Shown here one piece after another: positions 49,535 through 58,515 of a DNA stretch of 64,000 bases (position 1 is its first letter; each line of letters opens with the position of its first letter). The notes below the pieces were generated by a model. The model had not been told where the DNA came from. It was given only the letters and a program-made list of their open reading frames with translations, and did no database searches. Source of the DNA: a virus (Duplodnaviria > Caudoviricetes); the IMG/VR virus record IMGVR_UViG_2937460283_000002, positions 2,712 through 66,711 of that record; one strand, written 5' to 3'. The translations under genes and the position numbers were made by a program.

Positions 49535-49862
49535 GCATGACACTCCAATAAATTCGGTCTATTGAGCGCAAAAGATCGACCTCCCAGGAGCGGAGGTGTT
49601 TACGCGTTAGAGATGACCAGTGGTAAATTTCGGTAAAATTGATAGGTTTGTCGCTTTTCAGCTCTAAATACCATTGCCATAAATAAGCCAGCTCGTCTGG
49701 CAGAGCAACTTGCTCTGCCAGTTCGGCTGGCTTGTGACCTGTGGTTTTCCAGACCTGTTTAAGCGCTTGTTTACGGGTTAAGCGTGCGCCTTTAGGTATG
49801 GTGTTTAGTTGGAACTCGCTTTTGGCGTAGTCGGCGAACTGCTCAACCCTTTGGCGAAAAAA
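49524..49862 (-). CDS. gpGT-like -1 frameshift extension of the tail assembly chaperone
   Basis: Slippery T TTT TTC at 49862-49856. The -1 frame reads FFRQRVEQFADYAKSEFQL...LPDELAYLWQWYLEL...FTEIYHWSSLT...WEVDLLRSIDR...GN* and overlaps the tape measure start. Confidence 0.85.
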   Translation of the reverse strand, partial: FFRQRVEQFADYAKSEFQLNTIPKGARLTRKQALKQVWKTTGHKPAELAEQVALPDELAYLWQWYLELKSDKPINFTEIYHWSSLTRKHLRSWEVDLLRSIDRIYWSVMHGN

Positions 49863-50218
49863 AGCGCACGTTTGGCCGCAACTTTATCAATTTGTTCGCA
49901 AATTTGCGGCGCTTGATGCAAAAACTTTTTAACGGTTTCAAGTTCACAAGGTTCATCAAATGACCAATCGGCCACCAATGCAGCGATTAAACCTAAACGC
50001 TCATCAGCAAACGCCTCTGCACGTTTTGCTTCGTCTTCAATGGTAGCAAAAGCCATAGCGTTGCGTTTGGCTAGGGTTTCTGCATCTCTAAACGCATCTG
50101 AGTCAATACCACGTACTACGATGTAATGCTCTGATTGCGAGCCATCCGGTAAAGTCAGTGGCACTTTAATGCCTTCGTTGGCTTTTTCGCGGGTAAAAAA
50201 ATCTTCCATCATGCTCAT
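49805..50218 (-). CDS. Tail assembly chaperone (gpG-like)
   Basis: VRGIDSDAFR...LVADWSFDEP; lies between tube and tape measure. Confidence 0.85.
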   Translation of the reverse strand: MSMMEDFFTREKANEGIKVPLTLPDGSQSEHYIVVRGIDSDAFRDAETLAKRNAMAFATIEDEAKRAEAFADERLGLIAALVADWSFDEPCELETVKKFLHQAPQICEQIDKVAAKRALFFAKGLSSSPTTPKASSN

Positions 50219-51135
50219 GCTTTTGCTTTCCTTTCGATAATTAAATTGGTGCCTTCTGTTTCTGACAGCAAGCCTTGGAATGGCAGTGATACAATGATTG
50301 CACCCGTGCCTTCTACATCAGGCTGACCACCTGTGTAGCGCAGGTTTGGCACACTCACAACATATTGGTTGCCCGTAGGATCAGTCATCGAAAAACTGAT
50401 ATTTGACTGCTCACCGTTGAAAAACTTCTCAAGCAGGGCGTGGTTTTCAAAGTAAACACCCAGCGTACCAGTTAGGTTTGATAAACCAATTGATGGACGA
50501 ATTGTCTCGCTTGAGCCAATCACAAAACGCGGCTCAATGCCGTTTTCAAGGGTAAACCCAAGTTCAGTCGCAATGGCTAGGTTTTCGCCGCCTTCAGTAA
50601 CCTGACCGTTAAAGGTATCTACCGCCGGTACGGCTGCCGTGGCTTTTAACGTAGCACCCGCTGGCAACTCAGATAATGCTTCAACCGATTTACCTACTGC
50701 ACTAAATGTTGCGGTTGTTACACCTTCTGTGCCCAACTGAATATTGATATTGTTAAGCTCAATACCACGATAAAGTTGGTATGGCTTATCTGCTGCTGAC
50801 AATGTCGTAAAGTGGCGTAAGATGCTAAAGCTGCGACGTTTTGTGCCGCTTTTTAGCTTGTCGGCTTCCCAATCACCGCATACAGCCGCTGCTAGCAACA
50901 TGTCGATGGCTTGCCACTGTAATTCAGCTTTGATGTCACCACCAATTTGCTGAGTACCGTCTCTAAAGTCAGAGATCTGACGGTCGCTACGAATGGTGTT
51001 CGATTGACTGGTGTTTTTTGTTAGGCCCAAAGTTGTGCCTGTAATTGGCACTTCAATAAACTGTGCCGACGCTGGCGTAACGCCATACTCTGTTTCTTCT
51101 ACTAAATAAAACTTATGTGATGTGGATTGAGACAT
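50215..51135 (-). CDS. Non-contractile tail tube protein
   Basis: EETEYGVTP...SNTIRSDRQISD...GGDI...RRSFSILR...FTLENG; siphovirus tube type, no adjacent sheath. Confidence 0.88.
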   Translation of the reverse strand: MSQSTSHKFYLVEETEYGVTPASAQFIEVPITGTTLGLTKNTSQSNTIRSDRQISDFRDGTQQIGGDIKAELQWQAIDMLLAAAVCGDWEADKLKSGTKRRSFSILRHFTTLSAADKPYQLYRGIELNNINIQLGTEGVTTATFSAVGKSVEALSELPAGATLKATAAVPAVDTFNGQVTEGGENLAIATELGFTLENGIEPRFVIGSSETIRPSIGLSNLTGTLGVYFENHALLEKFFNGEQSNISFSMTDPTGNQYVVSVPNLRYTGGQPDVEGTGAIIVSLPFQGLLSETEGTNLIIERKAKA

Positions 51136-51227
51136 AGTGATTCCTAAAAGTAATAGGGTGATTTAAATACAGGTATTCGTGCCGCAACTAACAGTGCGAC
51201 AATAAGTGGTAATGTTTTTTGTAAATT

Positions 51228-51259
51228 AAAAAGGATGAAGTAAGCTGAATGCTTACTTC
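51228..51259 (-). terminator. Leader hairpin/terminator after P6
   Basis: gaagtaagc-attca-gcttacttc, then atccttttt. Confidence 0.55.
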
Positions 51260-51274
51260 TTCGATGATGAAATG

Positions 51275-51317
51275 ATTCTAATCAAATTTAGGGACAAAAA
51301 ACGGTCAAGTTTGACCG
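51275..51317 (-). promoter_or_regulatory. Conserved module promoter P6 (non-contractile tail module)
   Basis: CGGTCAAACTTGACCG, 21 bp, TAGAAT, 5 bp, CATCAT. Confidence 0.7.
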
Positions 51318-51420
51318 CTGTGTTAATTTATGGGAATTAGATATATAGGCTTAGTGGCAAAGTAACTGTTGATAATTACATTACAGTTAAGCCAAGTGTA
51401 TGTTCTGTCATAATTCAACC

Positions 51421-54375
51421 TTAGTTGTTATGGGCAATGCCAATTGGGAATTGACTATGATGACAGAACACTTTAACCGTATTGCCGTTAAGGTCGGTTT
51501 TAACATCTTCACCATTGACCAATGGAATAGCTTGATCGTCTCCCCAAGAGGTTTCTTCATAAGGGATTAAGTACTCGTTTCTATCGAGTCCTTTGGCGCT
51601 TATGCTGCCATTTGGTTTTTTAAGCCAAACATCATTATTCCAATCAACTGTAGAGTCTGTGGCACAGTACCAATATTGGCCGTCCATCACCGTTGTACCG
51701 GCTTTGTTTTTAACAAAGTACACCTGACCTTTCACCATATCGGTTCCAAGATTGGTCGAATCAATCACCTGTACTTGTGGCTTGTCAAACTTCAACTCAC
51801 TGCCGTTAAACTGCACATAGTACAAACCATTTTTTACCGTGAGTGAGTAAAGCGCTTTACAGCCTATATTACCTAGCACACCACCTAAATGCGGCAATAG
51901 CGCATGTTTTGGCTCTTCATCACGAACCAAACCATTACCCAGTATACTCGCCTGAGTTAGTGGCACACTGGCATTAGTGGTATATGTTATTGAAGTGGGT
52001 ACTTTATCAAGCAAACTCGTTTGTAAATTGGCACCAAATGACGCTCGCGCATCATTACCGCACCATACTTTGCTAACATCACTGACGAGTGAACTTAGCG
52101 ATGCAGGTGTTGTACTGTTAGCTTTTGTCTCATAGTAATATAACGCCACATTATCTTGTGCAAATATAGTAGGGTGTGAAATAGAGTTACTTTGGGCAAC
52201 AAGGTTCATCGCACTTTCACTGCTTTCCCACTGCTCACCGTTATAAAAAGTTACTAAATCGTTATCGCCAGATACTGCTTTTTTCGTTAACGCGAAGCGC
52301 TCACCTGAGCCGTCTGGAATATGATTTGGGTTCCACTGGCCCACGACGCCATTTGGAAAAGTTGCGGCTATGTTGTCGGCTGAGCCAATGATATCGACAT
52401 AGGGCAACACATCAAACTCACATCCTTGGTACTGCGTTGGCATGATGATCTGAGCTCGAATAGTGCTGGCCCGTCCAGAGCTAATCCAATTAGCACTGTT
52501 ATTGTTTGGGTTAACCAATGCAATGTGGTTACGGCTATTTAGTAAGCAGCCTCTATCAACTTGAATCCAAGTATTCAACGGGTGGCCGCCACCATAGGTA
52601 CCTAAATCAGTGTCACCGTAGTCTAAAAACTTGATTAAAACAGAGTCAATATCAAACTTATCATTGTCCCGATAGGCAAAATATCTGTCCCGATTGAATA
52701 GCGGTAAGTTTTTAGTTAGCAGATTAGCATTATCATTTTTTATATCCAGATAAATAGTCATCTCAGAGTCATGGCAATAATCACTGTTGATTAATGTAAA
52801 CGGTATCTTGCCCTTGGCACGCAACTGACCTGTAATGGCTTTTTGCATAGACTCATGTAGCAATTGTTGCTTATTTAGCTTATTGGAATTTAAGCGCAAG
52901 TCTTCTACTTGACCTGCATAAATTGCATCGTGATATTTATAGCTACCTGGTCGACCTGTTTGACCTGATGACAACGCACCGTGTGTAGTATGACGGCCTA
53001 TACGAGATGGTGTTGGTAATTCAAAGCACCCTGCTTTACTCGGATAATAGTTACTTGGCAACGTATTCCAATGAAAATTAGCAACATTGGTTTGGGTAAA
53101 CTGTGCGGTGCCCATTGGGTTATAAACTGGGTGATATGCGCCTTGGTTTAGGCGTTGAACGAGGGCGATTGGAAGAGCAAAGCCCTTATCTATTCCCTCA
53201 GTTGTGAACCTGCCCACATCTGGATATCCTGGTGAATCTAAATTATTAGGGGTCACAAAAACAGAATACGCCGCAGGATTATATTCCACTAAATCTCGAT
53301 CATTCCCCGTATAGCCAAATCTGCTACCAATAATTGAGTTAGGTTTACCATGAATACCAAGAAATTTATTGTAAGAAGATCCACCGTCGCTAGGTCTAGT
53401 TACCTTCCATGAATCACTTACTCCTTCTACCACACGCATACGATAACGTACTTGCACAAGCTTATTTGCTTTAGCATCATAATAAATATTGTGTTCTGGA
53501 CCACTTAAAAATACAGTTTTTTGCTCATCAGTCAGTGATGACCATTTAACACCATAACCCTTGGTATTTTGGTCCCACTCACCAAACGCGCAGTAGCCTT
53601 GTGCCACCAAATTATTAACGAGTGCAATGCCTTCATAGTTGCTTGCACCATATTGCACATTGCCAAGTGGGTAAACCACATCCTTTTCACTGATGTCTTC
53701 ACGCCAAGACTCTAAAAATACAAGGTCTTTACGTGTGGTGATAACTTTATTGGTCGCTGTTTCTGATGAAAAAGCCGCTTGTGCATCGCTATGCTGCGTA
53801 ACTGTGCCTGTGGCTGAGTCATAGGTTTTGGTGCCATCGGGTGCATCTGGGAGTAAAACTCTTGTCATTTCGAGTGGATTTTCAGCATCCCACGTTCCGA
53901 AAAGCTGGTGTATAACGCCGTCAATGACGACAACTGGGTAATCGTACAAACTATCCCCGCGACCAAGAGCAATTTTATTTCGCCACGCAGTTGTTGACTG
54001 ATACATCCACATACCGTCATTCACATGTTCTAAATCCGTGTGATGCTTGCCCCACTCAACAAACCCACTGCCCGCATATTGCTGCTTGCGCTGTTCACGC
54101 AAGGCATCAAACTGCACTTTTGCCATGGCTGGCATCCAAGGTTTAATCGCCTCTTCCATGCGCGTTTGAATATCTGCGTTTACCTTAGCCGCATCGCTTT
54201 TTACTTTATTAAGTGTGGTGGTAGTTGCCGATGACATCTCGTTCTTAGCATCCACTACTGATTTTTCAACACGCGATATTTGGCTTTGTACAGCTTGAGT
54301 TAGTGCATTACTTTTGTTGGCTAAGTCGGCATTGGTGGTATTGAGTTTTTGAATTTGTTGTTCGATTGTGCTCAT
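51421..54375 (-). CDS. Large fibre/receptor-binding protein, paralogue A (cassette 2)
   Basis: Same conserved blocks as paralogues B and C; translationally coupled to the collar adaptor. Confidence 0.7.
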   Translation of the reverse strand: MSTIEQQIQKLNTTNADLANKSNALTQAVQSQISRVEKSVVDAKNEMSSATTTTLNKVKSDAAKVNADIQTRMEEAIKPWMPAMAKVQFDALREQRKQQYAGSGFVEWGKHHTDLEHVNDGMWMYQSTTAWRNKIALGRGDSLYDYPVVVIDGVIHQLFGTWDAENPLEMTRVLLPDAPDGTKTYDSATGTVTQHSDAQAAFSSETATNKVITTRKDLVFLESWREDISEKDVVYPLGNVQYGASNYEGIALVNNLVAQGYCAFGEWDQNTKGYGVKWSSLTDEQKTVFLSGPEHNIYYDAKANKLVQVRYRMRVVEGVSDSWKVTRPSDGGSSYNKFLGIHGKPNSIIGSRFGYTGNDRDLVEYNPAAYSVFVTPNNLDSPGYPDVGRFTTEGIDKGFALPIALVQRLNQGAYHPVYNPMGTAQFTQTNVANFHWNTLPSNYYPSKAGCFELPTPSRIGRHTTHGALSSGQTGRPGSYKYHDAIYAGQVEDLRLNSNKLNKQQLLHESMQKAITGQLRAKGKIPFTLINSDYCHDSEMTIYLDIKNDNANLLTKNLPLFNRDRYFAYRDNDKFDIDSVLIKFLDYGDTDLGTYGGGHPLNTWIQVDRGCLLNSRNHIALVNPNNNSANWISSGRASTIRAQIIMPTQYQGCEFDVLPYVDIIGSADNIAATFPNGVVGQWNPNHIPDGSGERFALTKKAVSGDNDLVTFYNGEQWESSESAMNLVAQSNSISHPTIFAQDNVALYYYETKANSTTPASLSSLVSDVSKVWCGNDARASFGANLQTSLLDKVPTSITYTTNASVPLTQASILGNGLVRDEEPKHALLPHLGGVLGNIGCKALYSLTVKNGLYYVQFNGSELKFDKPQVQVIDSTNLGTDMVKGQVYFVKNKAGTTVMDGQYWYCATDSTVDWNNDVWLKKPNGSISAKGLDRNEYLIPYEETSWGDDQAIPLVNGEDVKTDLNGNTVKVFCHHSQFPIGIAHNN

Positions 54376-54914
54376 TACAGCACTCCTTTTTGAGCAAGTT
54401 CTTGATAAAGTTTTACGGTGGTGAGGTTGGTTTCTAGCTGCGAGGCCAGCATCTCGGTTTGTACTTGGGTCATATGTAAAAACACATCGTCGTAATACAG
54501 ACGCAAGTCGCCATCATGAGTCACGGTAATCGCATCATGCGGTGCTGCACTGAGTAATAAGTCAAACCCCTGCACCACGGTGGCCATTGGGGTAAGGTAA
54601 AACAGCACGTTTTCAGGGTGTGACCAAACGGCAAATAAAGTACCGTCTGATAAATAAAAGCCAACTTCTTTGACGCTATAGCTGGTGTCACTGGTAAATT
54701 TACCCGACACCCTAAATTGGCCGTTGTTATAATCAACGCCCTCGCCTGTTGGCACGCGGTCGCGTTCGTTTTGTAACTGGGTTTGTGTCCGGGTCGGCGT
54801 GTAGCCTTTATCACCCACAGCAATATGGCTTAGGTGCACACTCAACCCTTTTTCTTTAGCATTCACTGCGGCGTTCAAGCCCGCCTGTGTAATGATAGGT
54901 TGGTAAGAACTCAT
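54375..54914 (-). CDS. Tail-collar fibre adaptor, cassette 2
   Basis: ITQAGLNAAV...LSHIAVGDKGYTP...VKEVGFYLSDGTLFAV. Confidence 0.85.
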   Translation of the reverse strand: MSSYQPIITQAGLNAAVNAKEKGLSVHLSHIAVGDKGYTPTRTQTQLQNERDRVPTGEGVDYNNGQFRVSGKFTSDTSYSVKEVGFYLSDGTLFAVWSHPENVLFYLTPMATVVQGFDLLLSAAPHDAITVTHDGDLRLYYDDVFLHMTQVQTEMLASQLETNLTTVKLYQELAQKGVL

Positions 54915-55738
54915 GTTATTTCCATCGTTAATATTTGAAATGTGGTACTGCCTGACACTGTATCGACATACAAGTCAGACATATCGAATTGAATAGCTTG
55001 ATTTTGCTTTAAACTACTATGTGCAATGTGCAGTTGATTACCCCCACTGTTCGCATAAACCGTAACAGGCTCTAACAGCGACTCTGTATTTTGGCTAAGC
55101 TGTTGCGTTGCAAGTTGAATGTGGTTATTTCTGGCACTCACATACAGGTTGTTTTGCTCAAATTGCCCGTCGGCATTTTGCTCAAGCGCTGCTTGGGTAA
55201 TTTGTGTGGCCGTACTCACTGGCGAAAAATACAGCTGGTTTTGCACTATATTGCCAATGTGAAAGTCTATTTGCGTACGGGCTGGCTTGTTTGCCGCCAC
55301 TGCACGCCAAAGTTGGGCTTGCAGTTTTGGGGTGATAAAGGTATCACCATTTTCATCAAGGTTATGAGTGGCTAAGGCCACGATGGTTGCGGTGTGGGGT
55401 GCGCCCCCAGTTTGCCACCACTCTTGCAGCTCAAGCTCAGCATCTAGTGCGCTGAGTGATTGTTTTAAAGCACCAAATGTGCCCTTAATTCTGTGGCTCG
55501 GTACACTGTCTGCGATAACTTGGCGTTGAATATGCTCAGGCCAATTACTATCCCATGTATCTACACTCAAGCCATGGGCAAGCCAAGGTAAAAAGTGCGC
55601 AGGACACTGCCATGGGTTCCAAAGGTGCTGCAAGGGCACCGGCAGTTTTTCTATTCGCGCCGCTGCGCCCGATAAACCATGCTCTAACAGCGAACTACTT
55701 ACAGGCAATAATGGGTCATATTGTGTAGCATCAGACAT
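54911..55738 (-). CDS. gpI-like tail protein, cassette 2
   Basis: LWNPWQCPAHFLPWLAHGLSVDTWD...HRIKGT...EWWQ. Confidence 0.92.
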   Translation of the reverse strand: MSDATQYDPLLPVSSSLLEHGLSGAAARIEKLPVPLQHLWNPWQCPAHFLPWLAHGLSVDTWDSNWPEHIQRQVIADSVPSHRIKGTFGALKQSLSALDAELELQEWWQTGGAPHTATIVALATHNLDENGDTFITPKLQAQLWRAVAANKPARTQIDFHIGNIVQNQLYFSPVSTATQITQAALEQNADGQFEQNNLYVSARNNHIQLATQQLSQNTESLLEPVTVYANSGGNQLHIAHSSLKQNQAIQFDMSDLYVDTVSGSTTFQILTMEIT

Positions 55739-56732
55739 CTCGCTGTGCCTCAATTGATACCTCTATACTTTCGCAATGCGCCACTTCGTTTGCGGCAACA
55801 AAAATATCACTAGTAGGCGAGAGCAGCTCAACACGTTGCACGCCGGCGCCGTGTAAAACAGCATATAGACCCGACAGCGAAATATCATGGTTAAATTTAC
55901 GATGTTGTTTTAGCCAGTTTTTGCAGTTTGCCATCACCGAGGTATGAATTTCGTCGCTATTTATACCCGGATACAGGTGCAATTTAGCTTTGATAGCAAA
56001 TGGCTTAACCGTGGGTTTGAGTAAGTTAACCCTATCGGTCAAAGGGCGAATATTGTCTTGGTTAAGCACCTCGTAGACTTTTGCAATAACCATATCTGAT
56101 GGTGTGCCATCCCCTTCGTCACTGAGCAAAGTAATTGCCACGTCACCGGGCATAGGGTTTTCAAGTCCAGCATTATAAGTGTTGGTTAGCAACATAGTGC
56201 CGCTTGGCACTTGTTCTGCAAGCTCCGCTGGTGGCAACAGCATCACAAACTCTGGCGCTTCAATAAACACATCTTGAATATGGTTTGACGCTTTAAAACA
56301 ATGAAAGGCATACGCTCCTTCGGGGCCTGCGGTGCTAAACCCTTCTAATGCTAATTGAATGCGTGTACGAAAACGTTCGTCGCTTTCATATTCAATCTCA
56401 TCTGCAGGTAAATCATCACTGGCCTGATTAATAACAGCGCGCGTAACACCAAAGCGCTGACCTAAAAAGTCCAATTCTTCAGTGCTGGCTTTGGCAAGCA
56501 AAACAGCCTCTGCGCCTTCATTGATACGCTGACGAACTAACAGCTCTCTATATGTGAACGTTTCAATGAGTTTTACCACTGGATCACTTTCATAATTGAG
56601 CTGTGCGTCTGGATAACGAGTTGCAAAGTCAGCCATAATGGCTGTTTTTATTTCCTCGAAACTAAGTGGCTCAATAATCTCGGGCACGGGTAGTTGATTT
56701 AAGTCGATGGCACTAAAATTGGTTAAGCTCAT
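55731..56732 (-). CDS. Baseplate wedge gpJ-like, cassette 2
   Basis: IDLNQLPVPEIIEPLSFE...ESDP...FSTAGPEGAY...IRPLTDRV. Confidence 0.93.
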   Translation of the reverse strand: MSLTNFSAIDLNQLPVPEIIEPLSFEEIKTAIMADFATRYPDAQLNYESDPVVKLIETFTYRELLVRQRINEGAEAVLLAKASTEELDFLGQRFGVTRAVINQASDDLPADEIEYESDERFRTRIQLALEGFSTAGPEGAYAFHCFKASNHIQDVFIEAPEFVMLLPPAELAEQVPSGTMLLTNTYNAGLENPMPGDVAITLLSDEGDGTPSDMVIAKVYEVLNQDNIRPLTDRVNLLKPTVKPFAIKAKLHLYPGINSDEIHTSVMANCKNWLKQHRKFNHDISLSGLYAVLHGAGVQRVELLSPTSDIFVAANEVAHCESIEVSIEAQRDV

Positions 56733-56863
56733 AAAGCACTCAAAGTTGATAGCATGATAATTGGGAGTGGAATAATTGAAAGGGTTGCGGATTAGGTAGG
56801 AGAACCGTCCCTATCTGTGACTGCCCTTCAAATTATGTGTGACAAGTAGTACCTTACGCTAAG

Positions 56864-56960
56864 GAGATCCTGACCTTCGTCAGGATGACAAACGCGTGCA
56901 CATCAGTGCGCTTAGGAGATCCCGACCTTCATCGGGATGACTAACTTGTTTCAGGATCTC
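56864..56960. repeat. REP-like palindromic elements
   Basis: gagatcctgaccttcgtcaggatgac, gagatcccgaccttcatcgggatgac, aacttgtttcaggatctc. Confidence 0.75.
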
Positions 56961-56997
56961 GTGACTAAACGTTCAGGGTTACCTGCTGCAAGGCGTT

Positions 56998-57372
56998 TTA
57001 TTCGCCCTTAAGCACTTGGCTTACACCATTTGCACGTTGACTGATTTCATCCATCACTTGCGCTTGGCCTTTTACTTGATAAGGGAACTGTAAGCTGCCC
57101 TCAGTCACTTGTTGCTCGATACCACCAATGGCGGCTTTTAGTGACTCTGTTGACGCGCGCATTTCTGCAAGGCTTTGCGCAGTGCTTAGTTTGTTGATAA
57201 AGCCACTTAGCTCGTTGAGTAGGATGTGTGTGGTGTCTGAGGTGGTGCCCAGTAGAGAGTCACTGTCAGCTACTTTTTTATTGATATTATGTCTAAACGT
57301 TTGTGTTTGCTGCTGTTTTAAAATTTCTGCTTGTTGCTGTTCAGATACTAGCGTTGCGATATTTGTTTCCAT
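56998..57372 (-). CDS. Hypothetical helical protein, probable fibre chaperone
   Basis: Follows a fibre gene; DSLLGTTSD...FPYQVKG motif. Confidence 0.5.
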   Translation of the reverse strand: METNIATLVSEQQQAEILKQQQTQTFRHNINKKVADSDSLLGTTSDTTHILLNELSGFINKLSTAQSLAEMRASTESLKAAIGGIEQQVTEGSLQFPYQVKGQAQVMDEISQRANGVSQVLKGE

Positions 57373-57383
57373 GATAATGCTCC

Positions 57384-57965
57384 TTATAGTGTTTCTTGCT
57401 CAGATCGAATAATTTCAATATCGCCGTGTTTATACAATCGACCATTGCCAACCCGCATTGTGTCTACTGAAAGGGTTAAATAATATTGATTTGTAAAGCT
57501 TAAGCGGCCATAAATATGACCATCGGAACCTTTATAAACGTGGGGTGTATGAGTACCTACAGTATCAACGTTAATGACATTCTCGACGACTTTATAGCAA
57601 TAGCCAACTAGAGTGGCATCTACTATTTTTCCTTCTCCATATGCATAACCTGTTATGTGTAGATGAAACATTGCATGGTCTGTATCGGCCTTAAATGGCA
57701 GTTTAAAGTGTAGGTTCGTCACACCTGAATCATTGGTAAAAAAGTTAGCAACATTGATAGCACGGGAGCCATAGCCACCATTACCAATAATAGAAAGCTG
57801 GTTTAGTTTGTCGTCTACTTTGCTATTGGTGCTGGTAATGAGTGAGTCTACTTCTACCGATTTACTCGCGACTCTTGCATCTATATCTTGAATTTTATTT
57901 TCTACAACGGTGGTAAGCTCTTCTGCTTTACCGACTAGCGTTGCAATATCTTGTTCTAAAGCCAT
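57384..57965 (-). CDS. Short fibre/receptor-binding protein (cassette 1)
   Basis: MALEQDIATLV coiled-coil N-terminus shared with 58516..59394; HFKLP...MFHLHITGYAYG C-domain. Confidence 0.65.
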   Translation of the reverse strand: MALEQDIATLVGKAEELTTVVENKIQDIDARVASKSVEVDSLITSTNSKVDDKLNQLSIIGNGGYGSRAINVANFFTNDSGVTNLHFKLPFKADTDHAMFHLHITGYAYGEGKIVDATLVGYCYKVVENVINVDTVGTHTPHVYKGSDGHIYGRLSFTNQYYLTLSVDTMRVGNGRLYKHGDIEIIRSEQETL

Positions 57966-58018
57966 TTGTTTTCTCCAACTCATGGTTTGCCATACTGCAA
58001 AATTGGCAGGGTTAAAAT

Positions 58019-58170
58019 AAAAAACCCGCTCATAGCAAAACACCAGTCGCGTATAAGATCCTGACCTTCGTCAGGATGACGATGTGGGATATATTTCACA
58101 TATTCGTCATTCTGAACTTGTTTCAGAATCTCATAACACTTAAATGGGAAGATTGAGCTAGTAAGCGGGC
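58019..58170 (-). repeat. REP pair inside a terminator-like stem
   Basis: cccgct (58025-30) pairs with agcggg (58164-69), with a U-tract. Inside are gatcctgaccttcgtcaggatgac and gtcattctgaacttgtttcagaatctc. Confidence 0.65.
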
Positions 58171-58207
58171 TTGTTTGGTTTAAGGTTTAAGGTTTAAGGT
58201 TTAAGAA

Positions 58208-58513
58208 TTATTCAGGTTTCGCGTAAGTTGCTTTGATGGCGTTTCGCTGAGCCAGCCATGCGTCTTTTGCGGCTGTGGCTTGCTCTGATGATTCACCAAA
58301 CTCAGTCACAGCTGCCATATAGTCAAAGAAAAGGTAATCACTTTCTTTACTATACTGGGCGCGTCTTAGCGTTTGTATTTCTTGTTCATTAAAAATAAGC
58401 TCGTAGTCGTCTGCTGCAACTTCGGCTTGCTTTGCAATATGTTCTGCGTGAGTGGCGTCTTTAATACCACCAGCAAAAATTTTGTTTGTTGATACTTGCT
58501 TTAGTACTGCCAT
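58208..58513 (-). CDS. Probable fibre chaperone
   Basis: RRAQYSKESDYLFF...WLAQRNAIKATY motif. Confidence 0.65.
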   Translation of the reverse strand: MAVLKQVSTNKIFAGGIKDATHAEHIAKQAEVAADDYELIFNEQEIQTLRRAQYSKESDYLFFDYMAAVTEFGESSEQATAAKDAWLAQRNAIKATYAKPE

Positions 58514-58515
58514 GA

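Noticed and set aside
56772-56836. Long imperfect hairpin upstream of cassette 2 gpJ as a riboswitch or ncRNA
   Set aside because: Only an inverted repeat is visible; there is no recognisable family motif or clear U-tract.
58180-58206. Short ttaaggt repeats (and gtgtttg repeats near 62278-62305)
   Set aside because: Only 3-4 copies in intergenic DNA, with no supportable function.
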